Below the pieces are notes generated by a model that ran no database searches, was not told the DNA's origin, and worked only from the letters and a program-made list of their open reading frames with translations. Below are positions 13,135 through 25,310 of a DNA stretch of 64,000 bases, piece by piece (the first letter of the stretch is position 1; the number at the start of each line of letters is the position of its first letter). Source of the DNA: Cetorhinus maximus (lineage: Eukaryota); NCBI RefSeq assembly GCF_964194155.1, contig NC_135901.1:24924001-24988000 (forward strand), written 5' to 3'. The position numbers and the translations under genes are program-made.

Positions 13135-13700
13135 CTTTTGAAGGGCTTTCCCTCTCCCCAGTCTCCTCCATCTGCACCCCAACAACAAGTGTGAGGAGCT
13201 CATGGAGCTTCTTTTTCGCTAAGATTAAGACAATCTGATCAGTTGTTTCTGCTGCTGACCTCCCTTCCACTAGCCCACCGGGCCAAGCTGCCTCTAAAGA
13301 TCTGCCCAACTCTAGCCCTAAACTCATCTTTATTTAGTTTCTCTCCGATCTTCCTTCATCCTCTCAACAGCTTATCTTGTCCATGAGACCCACATTCTGC
13401 TCTATCCACCCTGTTCCCACTCAACTGCTGACCACCTAAAAAAGGTTTGGATGAGCAAAACATTCTGGAGGGTGGAAGATGGGAGACCAGCCAGGAGAGG
13501 ATTGGAATCATCAAATCCGGAAGTAACAAAGGCATGGATGAGAATTTCAGCAGGAAATGGGCTGAGATTGGATGGACACAACCAATATTACAGAGAAGGA
13601 AGGAGGTGATCTTAGTGGATATGTAGTGATAGCTCAGCTGTCAGTCAAATAGGAAATTAAGTTTGCAATTGGTCCACTTCAGCCTCAGAATGTGGTCAGG
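13135..13700. mobile_element. L2 fragments downstream of ZF2
   Basis: caacaacaagtgtgaggagctcatggagcttc.. matches the start of the L2 at 50000-51040; an oppositely oriented L2 piece follows from about 13450. Confidence 0.65.
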
Positions 13701-14069
13701 GAGGGGGATGGCATCGATGATGAAGGTAACAGTTTATGGTGGGGAGGGGGTTTTCATGGGCTCAAATATTAACCCACCTCGCCTCGCAGCCATTTAGACT
13801 CGAGCATTAATCCCTGTCTCTGGCATATGATTACATTAAAGAAAAAGAGTCATTCAGTCCAATCTTGGCATGTTGACGAAAATTTCTGTTCATCAATTGG
13901 GGCTTTCATTGTCAGTACTACAATCCATAATTAACCATGTATCAGAATGACTACAGGAGCCCAGTACGACTACTCAGCACCGAGTTGTACTCTGAGCATG
14001 AGCAGTACAAGTGGTGGATATGCAACATGCTGATCAGGAGACAGTAGGAGGTGACATTTAATTACAGAC

Positions 14070-14640
14070 AATATCGAGTCCAGAAACAGACCATTCAGTT
14101 CAATCAGTGTGCGCTGGTGTTTATATTGGACACAAGACACTTTCCATTCCATCTCCCTCATCTCAGTCTTTCAGATTTTCTTTCTAATCTCCTTTCTCAC
14201 ATGTAATCATCTAGTTTCCTTTTGAAACAATCTAAGCTATTTGCCCAACTGCTTCCTGTGGTTGTGAATTTCACATTCTAAACATTCCAAGAAAAGACAT
14301 TTTTCCTTATTTCTTAATAAATCCAACAGGGAAATATCTTGTACTTATGGCCCTAGATTTTGATTCTCCCACAAATGGAACTATGGATTCCACATCTACC
14401 TTATCGAACCCGTTCATAATTTAAAGGCCTCTATCCAGTCACCTCTAAGGCTTCCCTTTTCTAAAGGTAAAAGCCCCAAACTGTTCAATGTTTCCCAATG
14501 ACTGTAACCTCTCCATTCTGACATCATCCGTGCAAATCACTTTTGCACTTTCTCCAGTTCTTCTTTATCCTTATTATAGAACAGAGATCAGAACTGTGCA
14601 AGGATCCTACACAAATGGAACATAACTTCACTATTTTGGA
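14070..14640 (-). mobile_element. Old CR1 3' remnant hosting the PLE palindrome; resumes at about 17104-17535
   Basis: Degenerate CR1 3' sequence (ccacatctaccttatcgaacccgttcataattt.., gatccttgtggatcaccact) on both sides of the TSD. Confidence 0.6.
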
Positions 14641-14745
14641 TAAAAACACAAAGCTAAAAGCTACTGCGGATGCTGGAAATCCAAAACAAAAACAGAATTA
14701 CCTGGAAAAACTCAGCAGGTCTGGCAGCATCGGTGGAGAAGAAAT

Positions 14746-14786
14746 CAGTCAACGTTTCGAGTCCTCATGACCCTTCAGCAGAACTG
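14746..14786 (-). ncRNA. Minimal type I hammerhead-like motif, variant core CUGCUGA
   Basis: CAGUU-CUGCUGA-A-GGGUC-AUGAG-GACUC-GAA-ACGU-U-GACUG. Stems I and II pair; palindromic ACGU replaces stem III. Confidence 0.65.
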
Positions 14787-15206
14787 AAGCATAGTTAGGA
14801 GAAAGATGAAATATAAGCTGGTTTAAGGTGGGGGGGCGGGGGGAGAGAGAGAAGTTGAGGGTGTGGTGATTGTGGAGATAAGCAAGCAGTGATAGGAGCA
14901 GATAATCAAAAGATGTTACAGACAAAAGGATCAAAGAGGTGTTGAAGGTGGTGATATTGTCTAAGAAAGGTGCTAATTAAGAATGGAAGACAGGGCACTC
15001 AAGGTACAGCTCTAGTGGGGTTGGGGTGGAAAGATTAACAAAGTTTTAGTTTTAGATTTAAAAATAATGGAAATAGGTGGGAAAAGAAGAATCTATATAA
15101 ATTATTGGAAAAAAAAAGGGAGGGGGGAGAAACGGGGTGGGGATGGTGGGAGGGGGGGGGGGCTGGTGGCGGGGAGTTTAAGATCTAAAGTTGTTGAATT
15201 CAATAT

Positions 15207-15884
15207 TCAGCCCGGAAGGCTGTAAGTGCCTAGTCGGAAGATGAGGTGCTGTTCCTCCAGTTTGCGTTGGGCTTCACTGGAACAATGCAGCAAGCCAAGG
15301 ACAGACATGTGGGCAAGAGAACAGGGTGGAGTGTTAAAATGGCAAGCGACAGGGAGGTTTGGGTCATTCTTGCGGACAGACCGCAGGTGTTCTGCAAAGC
15401 GGTCGCCCAGTTTGCGTTTGGTCTCTCCAATGTAGAGGAGACCGCATTGGGAGCAACGAATGCAGTAGACTAAGTTAGGGGAAATGCAAGTGAAATGCTG
15501 CTTCACTTGAAAGGAGTGTTTGGGCCCTTGGACGGTGAGGAGAGAGGAAGTGAAGGGGCAGGTGTTGCATCTTCTGCGTGGGCATGGGGAGGTGCCATAG
15601 GTGGGGGTTGAGGAGTAGGGGGTGATGGAGGAGTGGACCAGGGTGTCCCGGAGGGAACGATCCCTACGGAATGGCGTCAGGGGGGGTGAAGGGAAGATGT
15701 GTTTGGTGGTGGCATCATGCTGGAGTTGGCAGAAATGGTGGAGGATGATCCTTTGAATGCGGAGGCTGGTGGGGTGATAAGTGAGGACAAGGGGGACCCT
15801 ATCATGTTTCTGGGAAGGAGGAGAAGATGTGAGGGAGGATGTGCGGGATATGGGCCAGACACGGTTGAGGGCCCTGTCAACGAC
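15207..15884 (-). pseudogene. PLE C-terminal region with GIY-YIG endonuclease, left arm
   Basis: RVPLVLTYHP, CPRRRCNTC, NLVYCIRCSQCGLLYIGETKRKLGDRFAEH. A 1-bp deletion near 15224 changes GTLQPSGLN to GTYSLPG*. Confidence 0.9.
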
Positions 15885-15889
15885 GTTCA

Positions 15890-16600
15890 ACGGTCGTTGA
15901 CAGGGCCCTCAACCGTGTCCGGCCCATATCCCGCGCATCCTCCCTCACGCCTTCTCCTCCTTCCCAGAAACATGATAGGGTCCCCCTTGTCCTCACTTAT
16001 CACCCCACCAGCCTCCGCATTCAAAGGATCATCCTCCGCCATTTCCGCCAACTCCAGCATGATGCCACCACCAAACACATCTTCCCTTCACCCCCCCTGA
16101 CGCCATTCCGTAGGGATCGTTCCCTCCGGGACACCCTGGTCCACTCCTCCATCACCCCCTACTCCTCAACCCCCACCTATGGCACCTCCCCATGCCCACG
16201 CAGAAGATGCAACACCTGCCCCTTCACTTCCTCTCTCCTCAACGTCCAAGGGCCCAAACACTCCTTTCAAGTGAAGCAGCATTTCACTTGCATTTCCCCT
16301 AACTTAGTCTACTGCATTCGTTGCTCCCAATGCGGTCTCCTCTACATTGGAGAGACCAAACGCAAACTGGGCGACCGCTTTGCGGAACACCTGCGGTCTG
16401 TCCGCAAGAATGACCCAAACCTCCCTGTCGCTTGCCATTTTAACACTCCACCCTGTTCTCTTGCCCACATGTCTGTCCTTGGCTTGCTGCATTGTTCCAG
16501 TGAAGCCCAACGCAAACTGGAGGAACAGCACCTCATCTTCCGACTAGGCACTTTACAGCCTTCCGGGCTGAATATTGAATTCAACAACTTTAGATCTTAA
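15890..16600 (+). pseudogene. PLE C-terminal region with GIY-YIG endonuclease, right arm (open frame, 5'-truncated, no RT)
   Basis: Frame is open from TVVDRALNRV (15890) to GTLQPSGLNIEFNNFRS* (16600). VY..YIG GIY-YIG signature with an upstream Cys cluster. Confidence 0.9.
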
Positions 16601-16999
16601 ACTCCCCGCCACCCCCACCCCCCCCACCCCCCCTCCCACCATCCCCACCCCGTTTCTCCCCCCTCCCTTTTTTTTTCCCAATAATTTATATAGATTCTTC
16701 TTTTCCCACCTATTTCCATTATTTTTAAATCTAAAACTAAAACTTTGTTAATCTTTCCACCCCACCCCCACTAGAGCTGTACCTTGAGTGCCCTGTCTTC
16801 CATTCTTAATTAGCACCTTTCTTAGACAATATCACCACCTTCAACACCTCTTTGATCCTTTTGTCTGTAACATCTTTTGATTATCTGCTCCTATCACTGC
16901 TTGCTTATCTCCACAATCACCACACCCTCAACTTCTCTCTCTCCCCCCGCCCCCCCACCTCAAACTAGCTTATATTTCATCTTTCTCCTAACTATGCTT

Positions 17000-17040
17000 C
17001 AGTTCTGCCGAAGGGTCATGAGGACTCGAAACGTTGACTG
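17000..17040 (+). ncRNA. Minimal type I hammerhead-like motif, variant core CUGCCGA
   Basis: CAGUU-CUGCCGA-A-GGGUC-AUGAG-GACUC-GAA-ACGU-U-GACUG in the PLE 3' region. Confidence 0.65.
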
Positions 17041-17630
17041 ATTTCTTCTCCACCGATGCTGCCAGACCTGCTGAGTTTTTCCAGGTAATTCTGTTTTTGT
17101 TTTTTCACTATTTTGGAATTCTGCACCCTAGAAATACATCTTTGTGAACATCTTTAATTGATTTACTGACTTGTGATGATTTTAACTATTTTTTCACCTG
17201 TATTTGAGATTGGTTTGCTCTTCTACCCCTTTAACTTTCTTATTCTCTAAGGTTTGGTGATGCTTGTACTTTTCTGACCAAAGTGCGTCATCGCATATTA
17301 TCTCTGTTAAAGTTAATTTGCCACTTCACTGTCTAGTCTGTAACTTTTGCAATATATTCTTTCATTTTGTTGCATTCTTCCTCAGTTTTAGATATATGCC
17401 CCTAGTTTGGAATCAGCTGCAAACTTTGACATTGAATTACTTGTTCTCAGGTCCAAATCATTAACGTAAAGTATGAATAATAGTGGTACCAGAGCTGATC
17501 CTTGTGGATCACCACTTTCGACCTTTTTGTAATCTGAAATTGTGGGAGGAGGGCGGGAATAAATTTCACAGACATTGCATCAGCAGGGGGAACTTGAAAT
17601 CACAGGTGAACACAGTGGGGAGAACTTGAT

Positions 17631-17730
17631 ATAAAAACAGAAAATGCTGGAAAAGCTCAGCAGGTCTGGCAGCATCTGTGGTGAGAACAACAGAGTCAAC
17701 GTTTCGAGTCCGTATGACTCTTCTTCAGAG
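17631..17730 (-). mobile_element. Short PLE 3'-end insertion with a canonical hammerhead core
   Basis: Minus strand reads CUGAAGA-A-GAGUC-AUACG-GACUC-GAAACGUU, followed by the PLE tail (cagatgctgccagacctgctgag..). Confidence 0.8.
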
Positions 17731-17999
17731 CCGGGGGTACTTGAAACCACAAGTGTACATGGGAATCGGGGAGGGAGACGTGTCTGAGTGGGCTGAGAAG
17801 CTTCAGAAACTTTCTAAGGCCCTGAAAAAGAGGCCACAGGCCCCCAGGGGAGTGGGCTCACTGGAGTCAGGATTTTGTTTTCTGAGTGTTTGGAATGGAC
17901 AATGAGCTGGAGCTCAGTTTTCAAGCTGGTCTGAGGAAGGTCTGAAATCAGATTTACATTCAGATATCTGTAAGGACAATAAAGTTTACATTATGTTTT

Positions 18000-18175
18000 T
18001 AAAATGAAATCAAAATGCTGGAAATACTCGGTTCTAAAGAAGAATCATATTGGATTGGAAATGTTAACTCTGTTTCTCTCTCTTCACTGAAGCTGCCAAA
18101 CCTGCTGAGGATTTCCATAAATTTCTGTTTTTATTTCAGATTTCCAGCACCTGTAGTATTTTGTTTTTATTATAG
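18000..18175. mobile_element. Older short PLE insertion with a short minus arm and longer plus arm
   Basis: caaaatgctggaaatactc, then a degenerate hammerhead and tail ..gatttccagcacctgtagtattttg. Confidence 0.65.
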
Positions 18176-18737
18176 TTTTTAAAAAAAATTTGTTGTGTAA
18201 CAAGTTAAGGTAAAATAATTGTTACCGTTTAAATGTACAAATCAATTACATGCATTTGCATAACTGAGAATTGGCTGTTCAGGAGCAATGTCAGACAGCA
18301 CTTCTTCGCAAAAATATATTGGAAATCTGGAACTCTGTTGAGGTTAGAAGAGTTTAAATTTAAAAACTGAGATTGCTCGATGTTTCTGAAGAGAATCAAA
18401 GCAGTTGGATGGATTTAACATACAAATCAGGCACTGCATACTGGAGCGCAATGCCTGAGGTTGGACTGATTCTGGTTTTGTTTTGAAGGTGGTGTAGCTT
18501 TCCTGTTTGCTCTGTAGATTATCTCCTTACCTGTAGGTAATTTGATGGAGATGAAGTGCAGTATTGTGGTGAGTGAAAGGGAGGAGGGATGGTGCGATAT
18601 GTTAAGACATGGCAGATGACGTGTGCCAGGTGGACCAAATTCACAATGGAAACTTGATAACATAAGAAATAGGAGCAGGAGTAGGCAATTCAACCCCTCG
18701 AGCCTGCCCCGCCATTCAATACAATCATGGCTGATCT

Positions 18738-19942
18738 ATCACAACAGTTTTGCAATTTGTATTTATTATGAGATGTGTTTTTTTAATTCATTCATGGGAT
18801 ATGGGTGTCGCTGGCTAGGCCAGCATTTATTGCCCATCCCTAATTGCCTTTTTTCAGAGAGTATTTAAGAGGCAACCACACCGCTGTGGGTCTGGAGTCA
18901 CATGTAGGCCAGACCAGGTAAGGATGGCAGACTTCCTTACCTAAAGGACATTAGTGAACCAGATGGGCTTTTACAACAATCAATAATAGTTTCATGGTCA
19001 TCATTAAACTTTTAATTCCAGATTTTTATTGAATTCAAATTCCACCATCTGCTGTGGCACGATTCAGACCCGGGTCCGCAGAGCATTAACCTGGGTCTCT
19101 GGATTACTAGTCCAGCTAGTCCAGTTCTGAATTTAGAAGTAATGAGTCCACTAAGACCTTTAGAGATTTAAAAAATTATATTAAAATATTTATTAAAATA
19201 AAGCATTTCAAGCACATACATAATAAGACTACAATTACTTAATACTATTACAACTCCTAAAATTCCTAATTAATCTGTCTCCCAGTTACACATCGCCTTT
19301 AAGACAACAGTCCCAAATAGATTTTAGCTTTAAAAAAAGCACATTAACACAGTACCCACTTGACAGTGGAATTCCAAATAGCTTTCTCCAACTTTAGTTA
19401 CACACAACAGGCTTATGCATAAATGGATGGAAACTTCTTAAAGGTTGTTCCACACACTCCTGTTATATCTTATATGACCCTCAACATAGCCTTTCATTCT
19501 CCTTATATACGTTTCTCTCTCTTTAGTATGAAAGTTCCAATGTTCCATTTGTCTTTGCAACTGTACCTTTCCCATAATATAAAAACTTTCATGTTGCCAA
19601 TATTGTCAGTAACCTTTGGGAAAAATAAACACACTCCTTAGCCTTGCTTATCTGGCTGGTAGCAAACAGACTGACATCCCTTTTAAATCCAAACAATCCC
19701 TTCACATTTCTAAAAATACAAATTCCCATCACATTTTACATGCTAAAATAGCATCCATGTTTACTCAAAAGCATTTCAAGTACATTTTGACACTTAGCTT
19801 ATTTTGACAATTTCAAGCTTGCAGTCTACCTGACTCCAAATGTAATTAAATCACACAGACAGGACCATCTACCCTCACACACATATACCTACTTTACAAC
19901 AAACTAGCAAAATATTGTGAAAATTATTATACTTTTGTAACA
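18738..19942 (-). mobile_element. Second LTR related to 571-2253, 3'-truncated, with a SINE inside
   Basis: Begins TGT on the minus strand at 19942. Shares collinear blocks with the first LTR (gagtgtgtttatttttcccaaag; aataaat; gtgg-ct-attact-ct-aattca; acaaattgcaaaa). Confidence 0.7.
18778..19114 (-). mobile_element. tRNA-derived SINE, near full length
   Basis: Same body and LINE-A-type tail as 52890-53247. Confidence 0.85.
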
Positions 19943-19999
19943 GATAACACAACCTTGTTCGACCACAGCCTTCACTGAAATAGGATAGTGGTTCTTTGA

Positions 20000-20330
20000 A
20001 CAAAGTCACCAAACATGGAAAAGTTGGATAGTCGGCAGTTGAGTAGGAAAAGGGCTGATGGAGCAGGAGCTGGGTCTCATAGACAAGGTGAGCACTGAGA
20101 GGGTATGAGGGGAGATTGGAGAGAAACTGAAGAAAGATGTGAGTTCAGGGCTTGGCAAGGGGCAGTTTTAGAGACAGTTTGGATCAGTGGGCTAGTAGAA
20201 GGGAGGAAAGCAGCAGAGTCAACTGATCAGATTGCCTTAATCTTAGTGACAAAGAAGCTCCATGAGCTCCTCACACTTGTTGGAGGTGAGGATGGAGGAG
20301 AGAGCAGAGAGAAAGAACACTTCAAAAGGA
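20000..20330 (-). mobile_element. L2 fragment abutting the ZF3 3' end
   Basis: Reverse complement of the L2 segment at 50000-50330. Confidence 0.75.
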
Positions 20331-20510
20331 ATTAACTTAGTTTAGAGATATTAAAAAGACTCAACAGGCTGTGTTTAAAACAAAGTGGGTTTCTTTGAAT
20401 TTTATGCAGAAAATGAGCTCCAATTACAGGACTGGAGTTTATTAACATCAGCAGAAACAGAACCCAATGAACATATTTCAGTCCTGAATATGCTTCACAG
20501 CAAAGTCCAA

Positions 20511-21106
20511 TCACTGTAGTAACTTGTGAACTTGCTGGTGTCTCAGCAGGGTGGAGGAGTGAGTGAATCCCTTCCCGTACATGGAACAGCTTAACGGCCT
20601 CTCCCCATTGTGAATTTGTTGATGTTTCTGTAGGTAGGATGAATGAGTGAATCCCTTCCCACACCTGGAGCAGGTCAATGGCCTGTCCCTATTGTGAAAG
20701 CGTTGGTGCCTCAGCAGGTCTGATGAATGAGTGAATGCTTTCCCACACTCAGAGCAGGTAAAGGCCACTCCCTGGTGCGAATTTATTGATGTTTCTGCAG
20801 GTCGGTTGAACAAGTGAATCCTTTCTCACACTCGGAGCAGGTAAACGGCCTCTCTCCAATGAACCCACTGAGGTCTCACCAGCTTAGTTGAATTAATGAA
20901 TCCCTTACCACACTCGGAGCAAGTGAACGGCCTCTCCCCAGTGTGAATGCACTGGTGTGTCAACAGGGTGGATAACTGAGTAAATCTTTTCCACACACTG
21001 AACAGGTGAATGCTCTCTCCCCACTGTGACAGCATCAATGAATTTCCAGCTCAGATGGAGATCTGAATTTCTTCCCACAGTACCCACATTTCCACGGTTT
21101 CTCCAT
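20511..21106 (-). pseudogene. ZF3: C2H2 zinc-finger pseudogene (TMEKP subfamily, about 7 fingers)
   Basis: accATGGAGAAACCGTGG gives [23 protein letters not shown]. Further frameshifts follow; remaining fingers lie in ORFs 20826-21038 and 20511-20813. Confidence 0.9.
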
Positions 21107-21539
21107 GGTGTCAGTGTCCTTGTGTTTCTTCAGATTGGACAATCAGTTGCAGCCTCATTCACACACACTTGTGTACAGCTTCTCCCCAACGTGAATGGTG
21201 TGATTTTTTTTTTCAGCTGTGTAACTGGTTAAAGTTCTTTCCAGTCAGTTCACACTCTCACTCAGGAGTGCGTGAATGTCTTGCTGTTTTTCCAGTCACA
21301 CTAATGTTTGAAATGTTCTCTCACAGACAGAACTAACACTTTTCCTTCCACATTCAAAGGCTGATAATATTCAGGTCCTGTTGAACCGAGTGACTCTGTC
21401 AGGTCTCAGTGTGATGTTTGTTATGATTTTCCCATCTGTAAATCCTCCCCTTCTAACTCCCTGTAAAAAGAGTTCAGAAAACTCTTCATTTTAAATACAG
21501 GATAGAAATTCTGAAGAAGCCTTCCAGCTCCAGCACCCG

Positions 21540-21960
21540 CACAACGCATCCTTCAGTCACAGCCCAGTCCCGCCCCTCATTTGTTCCGATTGGTTGGAAG
21601 GCCAGCTATTCCCGTTCGGTCCTCCAGGCCTACACCTCTTCCTATTGGTCCGGCTCTGCCGTCAATCAGCCGGGCTTTGTGAGGTATCAGGTGAGAGGTC
21701 ACTGTCGGGAGCGGGTTATTAAACCCCGGGCGGGGTTTACAAATCCCGAGTGGGGCCCCAGAGCCGAATATTAAACAATGAACATTCTCCACTCTCACTA
21801 TCCGCCGCTTCCAGCTTCTCTCCGGGAACAATCTCAAACAAAGAGACCAGGACCCTCCAAGCATGCGCGATCCACCCGGCCAACCCGCGGCAGATAGAGC
21901 GGTTTTGTCTCAGCACGGGATTGTGGGTAACCAGCCCGCCATTAGCGACAGGGTCTCCGT
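21540..21960. promoter_or_regulatory. CpG-rich promoter-like region upstream of ZF3
   Basis: GC box and two ATTGG boxes (21570-21670), gcatgcgc, and ZNF143/Staf-like TACCCACAATCCCGTGCT on the minus strand at 21912-21929. Confidence 0.7.
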
Positions 21961-22078
21961 TAATCTCAGTCTCAATCTGGGCAATTGAGGGTGAGGTTCT
22001 GCTGATGTAGGGATTGTAAAATAAAAAAAATCAATGTCTTTCTCGTAGCATCCGCATCCTGCAATATTGGCAATGAAC

Positions 22079-22232
22079 ATAAAACAAAAACAGAATTACC
22101 TGGAAAAACTCAGCAGGTCTGGCAGCATCGGTGGAGAAGAAATCAGTTAACGTTTCGAGTCCTCATGACCCTTCGGCAGAACGTTTTTTGTTTTGTTTTG
22201 GATTTCCAGCATCCGCAGTAGCTTTTAGCTTT
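22079..22232. mobile_element. 154-bp two-ended PLE mini-insertion of the young subfamily
   Basis: 12-bp TSD TTGGCAATGAAC (22067-22078 and 22233-22244). Minus arm nearly identical to 14683-14784; plus arm is the reverse complement of about 14651-14691. Hammerhead-like motif at 22146-22182 (-). Confidence 0.9.
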
Positions 22233-22479
22233 TTGGCAATGAACCTGTTTCATTAGGTCTGTAAAAGAGGTGAGGGTGCAGGAGACAGGGGAAAAGGAGA
22301 GCACTTCAAAAGGAATTAACTTGTGTTAGAGATATTAAAAAAGACTCAAAAGACAGTGTTTAACAAAAGCTGATTTATTTGAGTTTTATCCAGAATATTA
22401 CCTATAGTTGGGCTTGAGTTTATTAACATCAGCAGAAACAGGTCGGAGTTCAGTCTTGCATGTGACAATCACATTCACT

Positions 22480-23828
22480 GGTGACTCAGGACATGGGACA
22501 AAAAAACAAATCCATTCCCACATTCACACCAGGTACATGGCCTCTCCCCACTGTGAATTTTCTAGTGTAATGAGTTCAGGTGAATAGTGAACACACTCCC
22601 ACAGTGAAAACACCTGAGTGGTCTGTCATCAGTGAGAACAAGTTGATGGAACATCAGTTCCTGGGAGCCTGCATAACACTTCCTGCATTCTGGGAATTTA
22701 AAAGACCTTCCATCGGTATGAACATGCGGGTGTTCCAATAGGATGGCTGAGCGAATTTCTTCCCTCACTCGGGGAGGTGAATGGCCTCTCCCTCGTGTGA
22801 ACTCACTGGTGTTTCAGCATGTTGGATGACCGAATGAATTCCTTCCCACACTCAGTGCAGGTGAATTGCCTTTCCCCAGTGTGAACCTCCTGGTGTCTCA
22901 GCAGGTTGGTTGCATTAATAAATCCCTTCCCACACTTGGGGCAAGTGAACGGCCTCTCTCCAGTGTGAACTCGCTGATGTGTCAGTAGGTCGGATGACTG
23001 AGTGAATCCCTTTCCACACTCAGAACAGGTGAATGGTCGCTCCCCAGTGTGAATTCGCTGATGTACAATGAGGACAGATGATTGCCTGAACCCAGTCCCG
23101 CAGTGAGAGCACCTGAACGGTCTCTCGTCAGTGTGAACACATCGATGGTACATCAGTTCCCCGGAACTTTTATAGAACTTTCCGCAGTCTGGACATTTAA
23201 AAGGTCTCTCATCAGTATGAACTTGCTGGTGTGTGTGCAGGTGGGACAACTGAACGAATCCTTTCCCTCACCTAGAGCAGGTGAAAGGTCTCTCCCCAGT
23301 GTGAAGTCGCTGGTGTTTCAGCAGGTGGGATGACTGAGTGAATCCCTTTCCGCAATCAGTGCAGGTGTATGGCCTCTCACCTGTGTGACTGCGCTGGTGT
23401 TTCTGCAGTTGGGATGACTGAATGAATCCCTTCCCACAGTCGGAGCAGGTAAACGGTCTCTCCCCAGTGTGAACTCTCTGGTGTGTCAAGAAGTGCAATG
23501 ACTGAGTGAATCCCTTCCCACACTCAGAGCAGGTGAATGCCCTCTCCCCAGTGTGACTGCACTGGTGTGCCAGCATAGCGGATGACTGGGTGAATCCCTT
23601 CCCACATTTGGAGCAGATGAATGGCCTCTCTCCAGTGTGACTACGCCGATGAGTTTCTAGCCTAACTGGATAATCAAATCCCTTCCCACAGTCCCCACAT
23701 TTCCACAGCTTCTCCACATTCTGGCTGCATTTATGCTTTGACAGGCCAGAGGATCGGCTGAAGCCTCGTCCACACACAGAACACATGTACGGTTTCTCTC
23801 TGCTGTGAACAGTGCTTTTTCCATCCAT
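22480..23828 (-). pseudogene. ZF4: C2H2 zinc-finger gene truncated by in-frame stops (12 clear fingers plus decayed ones)
   Basis: ATG at 23828 ([16 protein letters not shown]). TGA replaces a Cys at 23268-23270; the same frame continues to a second TGA at 22803-22805. AATAAA (-) at 22374-22379. A 186-aa six-finger product is possible. Confidence 0.85.
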
Positions 23829-24249
23829 GTTCAAAATCTGAAGATATTCGAATTATGATAAAATTGGTGACTCCGTCAAATCCTGATGTGATGTTTGGGT
23901 TTATTTTTCCAACTCCAAATCCTCCCCTTCTAATACCCTGTGAAATTGATTTAAAACAGTAAAAAGGGAGTGAAAGAGAACCCACAAAAACACAAAGGCA
24001 AGGTTGTGAAATCGAGCTGAAGGAATCTGGTAATTTTGTGGGGCCAGCACTAGGGAAAAGTGACCATGAAAACTACTGGATTGTGAAAAGAACCCAACTG
24101 GTTCATTCACGTCCTTTGGGGAGGGGAACCTGCCACCAGGTCTGGGCTGACACAAAACTCTGGCCTCTATGGAAGGAGAGAGAAGACAGATGAGGTGGAA
24201 GAGGCAGGAGGCCGAGGAGAAGCATTTCATGTACCTGAAACTCAACCGG

Positions 24250-25310
24250 AACTTTGACAGAATCTCCCAAACCCTCAACCTTCACCACCTAGAAGGCCAA
24301 GGTAGCAGGTGTATGTGAACACCATCACCTGCAAGTTCCCCTCCAACTCATACACCATCCTAGCTTGTCTGACATCCAGTACTGGATGAGCAGAAATTTA
24401 CTCCACTTAAATATTGGGAAGACCAAAGCCATTCTCTTCAGTACCCATAACAAACTCCACTCCCTAGGCACTAACTTCATTCCTCCCCAGGCACTTGTCT
24501 GAGGCTGAAGTTCACAACTTTGGTGTAATATTCGATCCTGAGGTGAGCTTCCAACCACACATCTGCACCATCACCAAGACCGCCTCAGTAACATCGCCCA
24601 ACTCCGCCCTAGTCTCAGCTCATCTGCTGATAGAACACTCATACATTCCTTTATTACTTCTAGACTTAACTATCCTAATGCACTTCTGACAGCCTCCCAC
24701 ATTCAACCGCCCTGTAATTTTTAGGTGATCCAAAACACTGCTGCCCGTGTGCTTACTCGCACCAAGTCTTGTTCACCCATCAGTCCTGTGCTCGCTGACC
24801 TAATAAAGCTCTGGGTTAAGAAGCATCTAAATTTTAAAATTCTCATCCTTGTTTACCGGCATGGCTGTGATGATCCCTCCCTTTGTAATCTCCTCCAGCC
24901 AGACAACCTTCGAAATCTTACAACTCATCTAATTCCGGCCACTTGAACATTCATGATTTGAATTGCTCCATCAGTGTTGGCCGTTCTTTCAGTTGCTCAG
25001 GTCCCAAGCTCTGGAATTTCCTTTCTAACTCTCTGCTGCTCTCTCCCTCACTTTCCTCCTTTGCGACACTCCTTACAAGCGCAATATAAATATAAATTGT
25101 TGTTGATCTGGACATATATCATTGTTTCTTCGTTGTCACTAGTGAGTAACCTGTAACTCCTTATCTAACAGCATTGTGGGAGCACCTTCACCACACGGAC
25201 TGCTGAGGTTCAAGAAGGTCAAACATCATCTTATTCACAGGCAACTGGGAATTGGTAATATCTGCTGCTGGTCTTGTTAGTGACGCCCAAATCCCAAGAA
25301 TACATTTTTA
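24250..25310 (+). mobile_element. LINE-A / L2 / LINE-A composite upstream of ZF4
   Basis: IQNTAARVLTRTKSCSPISPVLADL; junctions match those of 8340-9500. Confidence 0.8.

Larger units (their letters stand above)
14641..17103. mobile_element. Penelope-like retroelement inserted as an inverted dimer of two 5'-truncated copies
   Basis: Left arm 14641-15884 (-) and right arm 15893-17103 (+) are near-exact reverse complements. 14-bp TSD TTCACTATTTTGGA at 14627-14640 and 17104-17117. Confidence 0.95.

Noticed and set aside
15699-16100. 133-aa and other ORFs crossing or antisense to the palindrome centre
   Set aside because: Alternative-frame and antisense readings of the PLE sequence; no independent coding signal.
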